DNA of 64,000 nucleotides from Nitrospirota bacterium (GTDB taxonomy: Bacteria > JACPQY01). A program made the translations under genes and the position numbers. Location: positions 157,544 through 221,543 of the forward strand of contig JACPAV010000004.1 in assembly GCA_016180645.1 (NCBI GenBank), read 5' to 3'. Each line of letters opens with the position of its first letter. Position 1 is the stretch's first letter. This document shows positions 1-14,770 of this stretch, piece by piece. The notes under the pieces were generated by a model. That model saw only the letters and a program-made list of their open reading frames with translations. It did no database searches and was not told where the DNA came from.

Positions 1-95
1 CGCTTCTGCCCGAGAACCCGAAATACGCCCCCATCCCTCTTGGCGCCGACAGCGCCATCCTCGGCAAAGTCCTCGGCGTCGTCCGGCGATACTGA
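1..95 (+). CDS. lexA: 3' end of LexA/S24-family peptidase (partial, runs off window)
   Basis: Frame from nt 3 reads LLPENPKYAPIPLGADSAILGKVLGVVRRY*, the typical S24 C-terminus. Confidence 0.6.
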   Translation, partial: LLPENPKYAPIPLGADSAILGKVLGVVRRY

Positions 96-147
96 ACTCT
101 CCGATGAGCCTCCGCCCGGGATTCAATAAATTCGCGTAACCACCCAG

Positions 148-179
148 TGCGCCTGGACTCCTTCCCGGGTCCAGGCGCA
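148..179 (+). terminator. GC-rich hairpin, possible terminator
   Basis: tgcgcctggac...gtccaggcgca perfect 11-bp inverted repeat; no clear U-tract. Confidence 0.4.
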
Positions 180-287
180 GCCTTCCTAGAGTGCCAAACT
201 GCCATCCGCCGCCTAATGCGGCAAGTCCTGCCGACGATAGAGCCTATTGTCTTGGCATTCTGACATGCCGATGATACGAATTGATAG

Positions 288-545
288 ATGCGCACGACGA
301 TCCGGCTCGACGACGACCTGCACTGCCAAGCCAAAGCATACGCCGCGAAGCACGGCCTCACGCTGACCTCACTTATCGCAAACGCCCTCCGCGAGATGAT
401 GGCCAATCGCGGGAATCCTGAGCCGCGGATGCGCACCCATCTGCCAGTTTTCCGGGGCGGCGGGCTCATGCCGGGTGTGGATTTGGACGACAATGCCGCT
501 CTTCTGGATCTTATGGAAGGCCGCGGTGCCCCGCTTCGACGCTGA
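288..545 (+). CDS. Ribbon-helix-helix (CopG/VapB-like) antitoxin, orphan
   Basis: MRTTIRLDDDL RHH start and C-terminal GGLMPGVDLDD motif typical of VapB; palindrome ggcat-N6-atgcc at 254-269 upstream. Confidence 0.75.
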   Translation: MRTTIRLDDDLHCQAKAYAAKHGLTLTSLIANALREMMANRGNPEPRMRTHLPVFRGGGLMPGVDLDDNAALLDLMEGRGAPLRR

Positions 546-1821
546 GGCCGCCGGCTCCCCCTTTCGCGCTGCACGAAGCGCAATCCCCGGGGCCGTAATC
601 GCTCTCCTGATCGCCTCCTGCGGAGGAACCTCGCGGCCCGCGGAGCTTAAGGCCGCCGAGTGCGGAGACAGTGCCGCACCCGGTTCAGTCGCCGCCCTGC
701 CTCGGTGGCCGTACGTGCAGTGGGTCACCGAGACGGGCGCCGTCGTCGCCTGGGGAACCGGAATAGATACGAAACAGGGGCAACTTCGCTACGGGCGGGA
801 TACGTCCTATGTATCGGCGGTCGACGCCGATGTTAAGCTGCTCTCCATCGGCGAGGGATCGACTCTCCACCTCTTCAGCGCGTCGCTCTCCGATCTCGAA
901 CCCAATACAGAATACTGCTATCAAGTGCGCGCGGCCGGCGCGGAACTCGCCGGGGGATTGAAGTTCCACACCGCGCCCAAGGAGATGAATGCAACCGTCC
1001 GCTTTCTTGTCATGGGCGACTACGGCAGCGGCTCCCTCCCGCAGGTCATGGTGCGCGATCAGATGCTGGACTACCTGGACCGCACCGACCTCATTCTTAC
1101 CACCGGAGACAACGCCTACTCCGCCGGAGCGTACGTGGAATTCCAAAAGAAAGTGTTCGAAATCTATCCCTCGCTCTTCGCGCGAATTCCCGTGTTCCCC
1201 TCCATCGGCAATCACGATTTCGCGTCGTCCGCCGCCCAGCCCTACCTGGATAATTTCTTTCTCCCTGAAAACGCGTGGCGCGAGACGGACCGGGAACGTT
1301 ACTACTCGTTTGACTGGGGGCCGCTCCACGTCACGGTCCTCGACAGCGAATACGCCCTCTATGGGATCCGGGACGAGGAGACCGACGACATGGTGGATTG
1401 GCTGGAGGCCGATCTCTCAACCACGAATCGGCCTTGGAAAATAGTCACGTTTCACCAGCCCGGCCATACGAACAACCCCAAGCGAAGCCCGAATCCCATC
1501 GTCGTCTTGAAGATTGTTCCCGTTCTGGAGAAGTTCCGCGTGCCGCTCGTGCTCTCGGGGCATGAGCACTTCTACGAGCGGTTCCATCCCATTCTGAAAG
1601 GGCAACGCGCCACAACCTCCGAGGGTGGCGTGACGTATCTGACCTCAGGTGGAGGCGGTGCGTCTCTCTACGACATCAATCTGGGAACAGATCCTCTCCA
1701 GGCCTTCGGAATGAAAATCCACCATTTTCTCGCCGGCGGAGCTGACGACTGCACCCTTTCCGCCCGCGCGATCGACTTCACCGGCCAGGAAATCGACCGC
1801 TTCTCGCTCACCCGTTGCTAG
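526..1821 (+). CDS. Purple acid phosphatase-family metallophosphoesterase lipoprotein with FN3-like domain
   Basis: Motifs GDYG, GDNAY, GNHD, FH, GHEH; lipobox LIASC; start placed at GTG 526 after ggaagg. Confidence 0.85.
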   Translation: MPRFDAEAAGSPFRAARSAIPGAVIALLIASCGGTSRPAELKAAECGDSAAPGSVAALPRWPYVQWVTETGAVVAWGTGIDTKQGQLRYGRDTSYVSAVDADVKLLSIGEGSTLHLFSASLSDLEPNTEYCYQVRAAGAELAGGLKFHTAPKEMNATVRFLVMGDYGSGSLPQVMVRDQMLDYLDRTDLILTTGDNAYSAGAYVEFQKKVFEIYPSLFARIPVFPSIGNHDFASSAAQPYLDNFFLPENAWRETDRERYYSFDWGPLHVTVLDSEYALYGIRDEETDDMVDWLEADLSTTNRPWKIVTFHQPGHTNNPKRSPNPIVVLKIVPVLEKFRVPLVLSGHEHFYERFHPILKGQRATTSEGGVTYLTSGGGGASLYDINLGTDPLQAFGMKIHHFLAGGADDCTLSARAIDFTGQEIDRFSLTRC

Positions 1822-2120
1822 CCGTTGGCCAGAGGGTCGATGAAGCGGCGCTTGATCTCGGCGAGGTCATCTTTTGTGGCGCGGTGGTACCAGACGTTGT
1901 CCGGCATGATGGCGATATTCGGACCGAGGGCGCACTGGCCGAGGCACATGACGCGGGAGACGCGCAGCCGCCCTTTCAGGCCCTTCGATTTGGCGTAGGC
2001 TTTCAGCTCTTCCTGAAGCGGCTTCGAGCCGCGAGGGGCACAAGCATCCTCCCCCGCCGGGCGCTCGTTGACGCAGACGAAGATGACGCGATCGAAGGGA
2101 ATCTTCTCAGGCCGCGGCAC
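1818..2120 (-). CDS. Thioredoxin-like [2Fe-2S] ferredoxin
   Basis: IFVCVNER...C...CLGQCALGP...PDNVWY pattern. Confidence 0.9.
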   Translation of the reverse strand: MPRPEKIPFDRVIFVCVNERPAGEDACAPRGSKPLQEELKAYAKSKGLKGRLRVSRVMCLGQCALGPNIAIMPDNVWYHRATKDDLAEIKRRFIDPLANG

Positions 2121-3309
2121 GTAGAGGGGAAGAGGCTTCCGTGATTTCGATCATTCGATCCAGAGCGGTGCGCGCGCCCGGCGCGATCTCAGGCGCTACC
2201 TGAATGCGATTCACCACGCGTCCGCCTACCAACCCCTCCAAGACCCAGAGCAGATAGGACGGATGAATCCGGTACATCGTGGAGCAAGGACATACGATCG
2301 GGTCGAGGCAGTAGATCAATTTGTCCGGATGCTTCTGGGAGAGCCGGTGCACCAGGTTGACCTCGGTTCCCACCGCCCACTGAGATCCCGCGGGAGAGGC
2401 CTCGATGGCGTGCGCGATCTGCTCGGTGGAGCCGACGTCGTCCGATGCCTCCACCACATCCCACGTGCACTCCGGATGAACCATGACACGAATGCCGGCG
2501 TGCTCCTCGCGGGCTTTTCGGATCTGGTCCACGGTGAACCTCGTGTGGACGGAGCAATGACCCTTCCACAGGATCATCCGCGACCGACGAATGGCCTCCG
2601 GCGCATGCCCCCCATAGGGCTTCCGAGGATCCCACAGAATCATGCGGTCGAGAGGGATGCCCATCTTCAGCGCCGTGTTGCGGCCCAGATGCTGATCGGG
2701 AAAGAAGAAGACGCGCTCGGAGTGCTCGAACGCCCATCGAATGATCTTGGCCGCATTGGATGAGGTGCAGACCGCGCCGCCGTTATCGCCGGTGAGCGCC
2801 TTGAGCGATGCCGCGGAGTTCATGTATGTGACCGGCACCACCTCGCGGGTGACTTCCTGAAGCTCTGCCCAGGACTCGCGGACTTGATCCGGTGGGGCCA
2901 TGTCCGCCATGGAGCATCCGGCCGTGAGATTGGGGAGAATGACCGCCTGCCGATCCTGAGTAAGCACATCCGCCGTTTCGGCCATGAAGTGGACGCCGCA
3001 GAAGACGATAAAGTCGCTCCCCTGCGCAGCGGCAGATTTCGAAAGTTTGTAGGAGTCTCCCGTGAAGTCGGCAAACCGGATGATTTCGTCCCGCTGGTAG
3101 TGATGGCCCAGTATCACCAAGCGATCGCCCAGCTTGGACTTCGCCGCCGGGATGCGTTCGGACAGCTCCTTCGACGGGAGGTGGAGATAATTCTCCGGAA
3201 TCCGCTGCCATGTGTCGCGCGCTTCCGCCGGAACTTGGTCCAGCGGTTCGATCGCATACGACGTTTCGTGGTCGTCGAATTCACACAGGGCGTCGGGCGC
3301 AAGAGCCAT
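2107..3309 (-). CDS. nadA: Quinolinate synthase
   Basis: GHHYQRDE, FCGVHFMAET, AGCSMADMA, YMNS, GHCSVH, HPEC, CPCSTM; start at ATG 3309 or 3330. Confidence 0.95.
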   Translation of the reverse strand: MALAPDALCEFDDHETSYAIEPLDQVPAEARDTWQRIPENYLHLPSKELSERIPAAKSKLGDRLVILGHHYQRDEIIRFADFTGDSYKLSKSAAAQGSDFIVFCGVHFMAETADVLTQDRQAVILPNLTAGCSMADMAPPDQVRESWAELQEVTREVVPVTYMNSAASLKALTGDNGGAVCTSSNAAKIIRWAFEHSERVFFFPDQHLGRNTALKMGIPLDRMILWDPRKPYGGHAPEAIRRSRMILWKGHCSVHTRFTVDQIRKAREEHAGIRVMVHPECTWDVVEASDDVGSTEQIAHAIEASPAGSQWAVGTEVNLVHRLSQKHPDKLIYCLDPIVCPCSTMYRIHPSYLLWVLEGLVGGRVVNRIQVAPEIAPGARTALDRMIEITEASSPLRAAA

Positions 3310-3402
3310 TAGAGAAATGGTAGTCCTCATCGGAGGGTGAAGCAAGGTCGTGGTTCGATCCGCCGTGGCGGACTCACCACGAGCGGCGTTCCGGGCGGTC
3401 TG

Positions 3403-3426
3403 CCTGCCCGCCAATCGGCAGGCGGG
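3403..3426. repeat. Short palindromic extragenic repeat
   Basis: cctgcccgcc-aatc-ggcaggcggg hairpin between the TPR gene and nadA. Confidence 0.4.
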
Positions 3427-3436
3427 GAGGCCGCCC

Positions 3437-7678
<4,242 letters not shown>

Positions 7679-7699
7679 GAAGAGATGAGACTCCTTTCT

Positions 7700-7829
7700 T
7701 GTGGAAGACGGCTGAAGAGTTCAAGAGATCGATCTTTTTCGTTTCGAAGGATCGTGGGAAGCCTGTGGATACAGATGTTGAAAACTGAGAGGGAAAAAGG
7801 AGGGGGAGTTTTCCACGGACTTATCCACG
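7700..7829. promoter_or_regulatory. oriC DnaA-box cluster in the dnaA-dnaN intergenic region
   Basis: Near-consensus boxes at 7700-7708, 7764-7772, 7776-7784, 7809-7817, 7821-7829. Confidence 0.8.
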
Positions 7830-7843
7830 GGGAATCCCATGGG

Positions 7844-9172
<1,329 letters not shown>

Positions 9173-9267
9173 AGAATAAAACTCCGTTTGATTATGAAAA
9201 TCCACGCTCAAAATTTATTTCTCACGAAGATTGAAAAAACGACGAACTTCGGAAGGATTAGGCCCAG

Positions 9268-9425
9268 TTACACACAGATTTATCCACAACTGTGGATAAG
9301 CGGAATTCTGGCGAAACCCAAAGGGGTTACGGGCAACTCCCCCCCCATCGAGACCTTCTTGCCTGTGTGTATCGGGCGAAAATGGGTGGTTCGATGGGCA
9401 ATGATGCATATGGTAGTTGTCCACA
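9268..9425. promoter_or_regulatory. DnaA-box cluster upstream of dnaA (oriC part / autoregulation)
   Basis: Perfect TTATCCACA 9280-9288 and inverted TGTGGATAA 9291-9299; near matches at 9268-9276 and 9417-9425. Confidence 0.85.
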
Positions 9426-9567
9426 ACCGAGCCACAAACCCTTGTATGCGATTCCTCCATTAGACGTGTATTCTAACATTGGTTGTCGGCATCAACAAGA
9501 CGCATCCGCGGCGAATGACGCGACGAGTCAAGATTTTTCGAAGTGGAGGTTCGGCTTGGAGCGGCGC

Positions 9568-10152
9568 TCAGTGCCGGCGAAGAAGTTTTTCGGCGTGGCG
9601 CGCCAGCAGATCCGTTTCGATATTGACAGTCTGTCCATTGGCCACCGACGCGAGCGATGTGTGGGTGAGCGTAAAGGGAATCAGGAAGACTGAAAAGGAG
9701 CGCCGGTCCACACGATTGACGGTCAGGCTCACTCCGTCAAGGCCGATGGAACCTTTTTCAACGACGTAGCGGCGGATGGAAGAGGACAGGGAGACCTCCA
9801 GGGCCATCCCCTTCGTGGTGCGCAGGGCTTTCAGGACGCGGCCCACAGCGTCCACATGCCCCTGGACGAAATGCCCGCCCAGTTCGGAGCCCACGCGCAA
9901 GGGGCGTTCAAGATTAAGAGTTCGTCCGACACTCCATTCCTTCAGCGTCGTGCGGGCGAGGGTTTCGCGCGCGGCGTCGACCGTGAACGACCCGGCCCGG
10001 ACTCGCACGATGGTGAGGCAAATCCCATTCACGGCGATGCTGCCGCTGATCTTCAGGCCGCGAAGGTGCGACGAAAGGGTGAGCGTGGCCAACTCACGCG
10101 ATCGGTCGATGCGCGTGAGGGTCCCGATGTCTTCAATGATTCCGGTGAACAT
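9568..10152 (-). CDS. ribE: Riboflavin synthase alpha chain
   Basis: MFTGII start, GGHFVQGHVD, VNIETD. Confidence 0.97.
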   Translation of the reverse strand: MFTGIIEDIGTLTRIDRSRELATLTLSSHLRGLKISGSIAVNGICLTIVRVRAGSFTVDAARETLARTTLKEWSVGRTLNLERPLRVGSELGGHFVQGHVDAVGRVLKALRTTKGMALEVSLSSSIRRYVVEKGSIGLDGVSLTVNRVDRRSFSVFLIPFTLTHTSLASVANGQTVNIETDLLARHAEKLLRRH

Positions 10153-10155
10153 GGA

Positions 10156-11253
10156 TCAGTGCTTGACGACACCTTCAACGAGAAGGTCGGTTCCGATCCG
10201 GCGGATACGGAGCGACGACACGCAAAGCGCCTCGGCGATCTTGTGGACGCCGCGGCCGGAGATCATGGGAATGGAGTTTCGACCGCCTATGATTTTCGGC
10301 GCGAAGAAGAAGCGAACTTCGTCGACGGCTCCGAGGTCCACCGCGGTTCCGGCGACCAAGCTTCCGCCTTCGATGAGGAGCCGGCCGACGCCCATCTTTG
10401 CAAGCTTTTGGAGCAGAACGTTCATGTCGACGAGATCGCCTCTCTTCGGGATAACGAGGACAACTACACCCCGCTCCAAATAGGGCTGGTGCCGATCCGG
10501 AGCGGTGACCGAAGTGGCCAGCAGCGTCGAGCCCGGAGGACCGGAGTTGAAAATCTTCGAAGTGAGCGGGGCTCGAAGATAGGTATCGATCACCACCCGG
10601 AGGGGAAGCCTCTTGACCGGCACCTCTCGCGGGAGGAGAAGGGGATTGTCCCGTTCGACGGTGCCGTGTCCGACCAGCACTGCGTCGCACTCGGCCCGAA
10701 GACGGTGCGCCCATCTCCGCGCGGCGGGGGAAGTAATCCACTTCGAGTCGCCCGTGTGGGTTGCGATCTTGCCGTCGAGAGTTGCCGCAAGCTTGAGAAT
10801 CACATACGGACGGTTTCGGCGCACGCGCATCGAAAAATCGGAGATCAAGTCTTCACATTCCTTGCGGAGCACGCCTGAGATCACGCGAACCTTGCGTCGA
10901 AGAGTTTCGACGCCGCGGCCTCGCGAATCCGGGTGGGGGTCCGTCGCCCCGATGCAAACTGTTCTAACGCCCGATTGGAGGATGGCTTCGGTACAGGCTT
11001 CGGTTCGTCCCCAGCGCGAGCACGGTTCCAGCGTCACGTAGAGCGTTGCGCCCTTGGCCCGCGGTCCGGCTTGGTGGAGCGCCATGCCCTCCGCGTGCGG
11101 CTCGCCGGGGCGACGATGATATCCCTCGCCGACGATGCGGCCTTGCTTGACCACCACCGCCCCCACCGGCGGATTCGGCGCCGCTGTTGGCCGGCCTCGC
11201 AGCGCCAGCGCGATCGCCCGCCGCATGAAAGTCTCGTGCTGCGATGAGGTCAT
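10156..11253 (-). CDS. ribD: Riboflavin biosynthesis deaminase/reductase
   Basis: PNPPVG, HAE, TLEPC...C, LDGKIA, IEGG. Confidence 0.96.
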   Translation of the reverse strand: MTSSQHETFMRRAIALALRGRPTAAPNPPVGAVVVKQGRIVGEGYHRRPGEPHAEGMALHQAGPRAKGATLYVTLEPCSRWGRTEACTEAILQSGVRTVCIGATDPHPDSRGRGVETLRRKVRVISGVLRKECEDLISDFSMRVRRNRPYVILKLAATLDGKIATHTGDSKWITSPAARRWAHRLRAECDAVLVGHGTVERDNPLLLPREVPVKRLPLRVVIDTYLRAPLTSKIFNSGPPGSTLLATSVTAPDRHQPYLERGVVVLVIPKRGDLVDMNVLLQKLAKMGVGRLLIEGGSLVAGTAVDLGAVDEVRFFFAPKIIGGRNSIPMISGRGVHKIAEALCVSSLRIRRIGTDLLVEGVVKH

Positions 11254-11333
11254 TGTGATCGTCTTGGCAAAGGCAGCGTTGCAGTTTCCTCCAGAGGGCT
11301 GCGGGTAGTATCTCCGCGGTCACCTTCCTGCTT

Positions 11334-11364
11334 CCACTCTCCCGGCGGAAGAGCCGAAGAGTGG
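11334..11364 (-). terminator. Hairpin downstream of the three-gene cassette
   Basis: ccactct...agagtgg inverted repeat with inner cggc/gccg pairing. Confidence 0.35.
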
Positions 11365-11371
11365 GTCGCGC

Positions 11372-11803
11372 TCAATGGGGCCGTGTGTCCTTGGTCCCGG
11401 GGGGCTGAGGGCTAGGCTTCGAGGAAAGGACCGAGACTACGTGCTGCGCAACATGATTCCCATTGAGCAGCAGCTCGAAAACTAGGTCTCCGGCGCCGTT
11501 GATAGGGATTTGCTCCAACCGAACCGCAACTCGATGTCGTAGGTTTCCCTGACGAAACTTGAGATTGGCAGGAAATTCTTGCTTCTGGATACCCGGTCCC
11601 ATGACTCGTAGGATGACTTGCCAGTCCTCGTTCCAATCGGCTTGGCCAATACGCCAGAGTGAAAGAGCCGCACATTTTGGAACAATTGTCGGAAAGGCAT
11701 CTGCACCAAGTTCCTCGAGAATATTGAATACGCTTGCTTGATTTGTTGCCTGATCAATAGATACGCTTTCACACACCACAAAGAATTCCAGCTCAGGCAT
11801 CAC
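11372..11803 (-). CDS. DUF6941-like beta-rich protein
   Basis: FFVVCESVSID..TNQASVFNI N-terminus and G..VFELLLNG C-terminus; ATGA overlap with upstream gene. Confidence 0.7.
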   Translation of the reverse strand: MMPELEFFVVCESVSIDQATNQASVFNILEELGADAFPTIVPKCAALSLWRIGQADWNEDWQVILRVMGPGIQKQEFPANLKFRQGNLRHRVAVRLEQIPINGAGDLVFELLLNGNHVAQHVVSVLSSKPSPQPPGTKDTRPH

Positions 11804-12300
11804 GCTGCCAACCTAAAGTGGGTGCTCGTGTACCCCACGCGTGGCACGGTGGTCGCACTCGCCTCGCGGGCTTTTCCTGGGTGCCGCGGCATGGGGGCAC
11901 GAAGGCAGTACCTCTTTGCAGTGGTTTCAGTCAGTAGCCTATTGCGCTCTCGCAACATCATTACCGCGACCCGTGGGCTCATGGGCAACTCGATGGTATG
12001 GGTAGAACCTAGTTCATTCAAGAAAGAGTAGATAAAATCGCCAGGAAGTGATGCGAGGGCAACCGCGAGCCCGCAAAGCGCCACGTCTCCTGGGAACCTC
12101 CGGCCCCGGATGAACGATGCTGACAACGTAGAGACGAAGTCCCGGACGTCGGCTTCTTGAAGCGAACCCGATTTCCAGGCAGAGCGAACCGATAGGACTT
12201 CAGCCCGACGCTTGAGAATGACGATCAAAGCGTCAGATGTGCCGACCGCAAGGCATGTTTCAGCGAGATCGTCGCTATTCAGCTCATCGAGCACGGTCAT
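11800..12300 (-). CDS. Hypothetical protein, helical core with low-complexity tail ending LAA
   Basis: Intact ORF with ATGA overlaps at both ends. Confidence 0.7.
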   Translation of the reverse strand: MTVLDELNSDDLAETCLAVGTSDALIVILKRRAEVLSVRSAWKSGSLQEADVRDFVSTLSASFIRGRRFPGDVALCGLAVALASLPGDFIYSFLNELGSTHTIELPMSPRVAVMMLRERNRLLTETTAKRYCLRAPMPRHPGKAREASATTVPRVGYTSTHFRLAA

Positions 12301-12836
12301 GGTCTATCGGTCCAGAATGAGATGTCAGGATCGAATGTCCAAGGAACGTCTTTGAAATGGTGGAGTACTTCACCATACGAATCACTCCATTTGCTCAGGA
12401 TCCAGGGGATTGGTCCTGCCGCAGGACTCCCTGTAAGACTCAAGTGTTCTATATTGCTCACCATTCCTACATGGAGTGCCAGCCGGAATGCCGGGACATA
12501 GTATATGACCAGATCGCCCGATCTGGGTTCCTCATCGGCCTTGAGCATTCTGTAACCATCCTCCCTAAGGACGAGTTTCCACAACTCATCATCTCCCTCA
12601 TCATCTCCATAGATGGCGGTTCTTCGACTGGCCCAGACATGCCCTGCGCAATTGTATCCGCCGCATGCCGGTTTCCGCTCCCGCCATCTCGGATGATCCC
12701 GGAGAAGCTTGTTGAAGAGATTCAACGATCTTGAGTCTGGACCGGGCGCTTGGGAGTTTGGAATGTCGGAGCCCATGGTTGTTTGTAGCTCAATAGAAAC
12801 TCGCGGAGTCCCTAAGAGCCTCAGTTCCTCGAACAT
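12297..12836 (-). CDS. Putative papain/NlpC-P60-like Cys-His enzyme
   Basis: YNCAG...GDLVIY...LHVG...SKW motif order; promoter GTGACA-N17-TAGAAT 9 nt upstream. Confidence 0.65.
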   Translation of the reverse strand: MFEELRLLGTPRVSIELQTTMGSDIPNSQAPGPDSRSLNLFNKLLRDHPRWRERKPACGGYNCAGHVWASRRTAIYGDDEGDDELWKLVLREDGYRMLKADEEPRSGDLVIYYVPAFRLALHVGMVSNIEHLSLTGSPAAGPIPWILSKWSDSYGEVLHHFKDVPWTFDPDISFWTDRP

Positions 12837-12938
12837 CTTGGCTGAATTCTACATCAAAGAGGTCGAGGTGTCACAGAAATTTCGAAGTCAACGTTGATTG
12901 TTGACAGACCTACCTCCGAGCCATTGAACACTCAACCT

Positions 12939-12962
12939 TGACCCCATCGGAGGGTGGGGTCA
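12939..12962 (-). terminator. TGACCCC/GGGGTCA hairpin overlapping the nrdR stop
   Basis: tgaccccatc-ggag-ggtggggtca. Confidence 0.5.
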
Positions 12963-13418
12963 GTTGTGCCGTTCTCGCACCAAGCCGCGGACTTCGTCCA
13001 TGAACTGGGCGACGTCTTTGAACTCGCGGTAGACGGAGGCGAAGCGGACGTACGCCACCTGGTCCCAATCCTTGAGGGCGGCCATGACTTTTTCGCCGAT
13101 CACGGAGCTCGGGATCTCCTTGCCCATTTCCTGAAGCTGGGCCTCCAACCGTTCGATGAAATCCTCGATCTTCTGGAGCGGAACCGGGCGCTTCTGGACC
13201 GCCTTCCGAATGCTCTGCATGATCTTATCTCGCGAATACGTTTCCTGCCGGCCGTCTTTCTTCACGATCACCGGAAGGGAGTCCTCCACCTGCTCGTACG
13301 TGGTGAATCGCTTGCTGCACTGGATGCAGCTTCGCCGCCGCCGGATGGCCGCATTGTCCTGGCTGAGCCGGGAGTCGGTGACTTTATTCTTGATCGATCC
13401 GCAATAGGGACATTTCAT
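12960..13418 (-). CDS. nrdR: Transcriptional repressor NrdR
   Basis: MKCPYC, RRRRSC..C, RFTTYE, ATP cone, VAYVRFASVYREF. Confidence 0.98.
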   Translation of the reverse strand: MKCPYCGSIKNKVTDSRLSQDNAAIRRRRSCIQCSKRFTTYEQVEDSLPVIVKKDGRQETYSRDKIMQSIRKAVQKRPVPLQKIEDFIERLEAQLQEMGKEIPSSVIGEKVMAALKDWDQVAYVRFASVYREFKDVAQFMDEVRGLVRERHN

Positions 13419-13433
13419 ATCAAATAAGGTGGG

Positions 13434-14744
13434 TTAGAACGGGGACAGCTCGGCCAGCTTGGTGAGCTTGTCGGCCGGCGTGGCCATCGCGCGATATCTT
13501 TCGAGCCGGTGCGCGTAGAGGGGAAACTGGCCGCACAGGGCGTGGACGTCGTGGCGGATCCGCTTTAGGAGTTTTTCATCTTCGATGTGATCGAGCGCTT
13601 CCTTGATCCAGTCTGCGATCTTTTCCATCTGCGGCTCCTTCATTCCCCGCGTGGTGACGGCGGGCGTGCCGATCCGGATTCCGCTCGTGACCATCGGCGG
13701 CCGCGTTTCAAACGGCACGGTGTTCTTGTTGACCGTGATCCCGGCTTTGTCGAGCGCCGCCTCGGCATCTTTGCCCGTGATTGAGGTTTCACGAAGATCG
13801 ACCAGCATGACGTGGGTATCGGTCCCACCGGAAACCAGCTTGAAGCCGTGCATCATGAGGCGGGCCGCCATGGCCTGTGCGTTCTTGACGATCTGCTGCT
13901 GGTAGGCCCGGTAACTTTCGCCCATCGCTTCCTTCAGCGCCACCGCCTTGGCGGCGATCACGTGCATGAGCGGTCCGCCCTGCATCCCGGGGAAGACTTT
14001 GCTGTTCAGCGCCTTTGCGTATTTTTCCCAGCACATGCTCATTCCGCCGCGCGGGCCGCGGAGCGTCTTGTGCGTCGTCGTCGTCACGAATTCGCAGTGC
14101 GGGTTCGGGTTCGGGAAGATCCCGGCGATGACGAGCCCCGCATAATGGGCGATATCGGCCATGACGAGGCAGCCGACTTCATCCGCGATGGCGCGGAACT
14201 TCTCGAAATCGATTTTGCGGGGATAGGCGCTCGCGCCGACGACGATGAGTTTCGGCCGGTTCTTGAGCCCGAGGTCTCGGACTTCATCATAGTCGATCCG
14301 TTGATCGTCCTTCCGCACGCCGTAGGGGATGACTTTGTAGAGGATGCCGGAGAAGTTCACGGGCGAGCCATGAGTAAGGTGCCCTCCATGGCTCAGATTC
14401 ATCCCTAAAATTGTGTCGCCCGGCTGGAGAACGGTGAAATAAACGGCCATGTTGGCCTGCGCGCCGGAATGGGGCTGCACGTTCACGTGGTCCGCCTTGA
14501 AAAGTTTCTTCGCGCGCTCGATGGCCAGCGATTCGGCGACGTCCACGAATTCGCAGCCGCCGTAGTAGCGTTTTCCGGGGAGGCCCTCGGCGTATTTGTT
14601 CGTGAGCACGCTCCCGAGGGCTTCGAGGACGGCCTCGCTGACGAAGTTTTCGGAGGCGATCAGTTCGAGAGTATGGGATTCCCGCTCCGTCTCCTTATGG
14701 ATGGCGTCGAAGATTTCGGGGTCGGTTCGGTAAAGGTTTTCCAC
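13434..14744 (-). CDS. glyA: Serine hydroxymethyltransferase
   Basis: [32 protein letters not shown]. Confidence 0.98.
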   Translation of the reverse strand: MENLYRTDPEIFDAIHKETERESHTLELIASENFVSEAVLEALGSVLTNKYAEGLPGKRYYGGCEFVDVAESLAIERAKKLFKADHVNVQPHSGAQANMAVYFTVLQPGDTILGMNLSHGGHLTHGSPVNFSGILYKVIPYGVRKDDQRIDYDEVRDLGLKNRPKLIVVGASAYPRKIDFEKFRAIADEVGCLVMADIAHYAGLVIAGIFPNPNPHCEFVTTTTHKTLRGPRGGMSMCWEKYAKALNSKVFPGMQGGPLMHVIAAKAVALKEAMGESYRAYQQQIVKNAQAMAARLMMHGFKLVSGGTDTHVMLVDLRETSITGKDAEAALDKAGITVNKNTVPFETRPPMVTSGIRIGTPAVTTRGMKEPQMEKIADWIKEALDHIEDEKLLKRIRHDVHALCGQFPLYAHRLERYRAMATPADKLTKLAELSPF

Positions 14745-14770
14745 CGAGGCGAATCCTTCATGAAGGACGC

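Noticed and set aside
11254-11371. FMN riboswitch upstream of ribD
   Set aside because: Interval is short and lacks recognisable RFN conserved motifs
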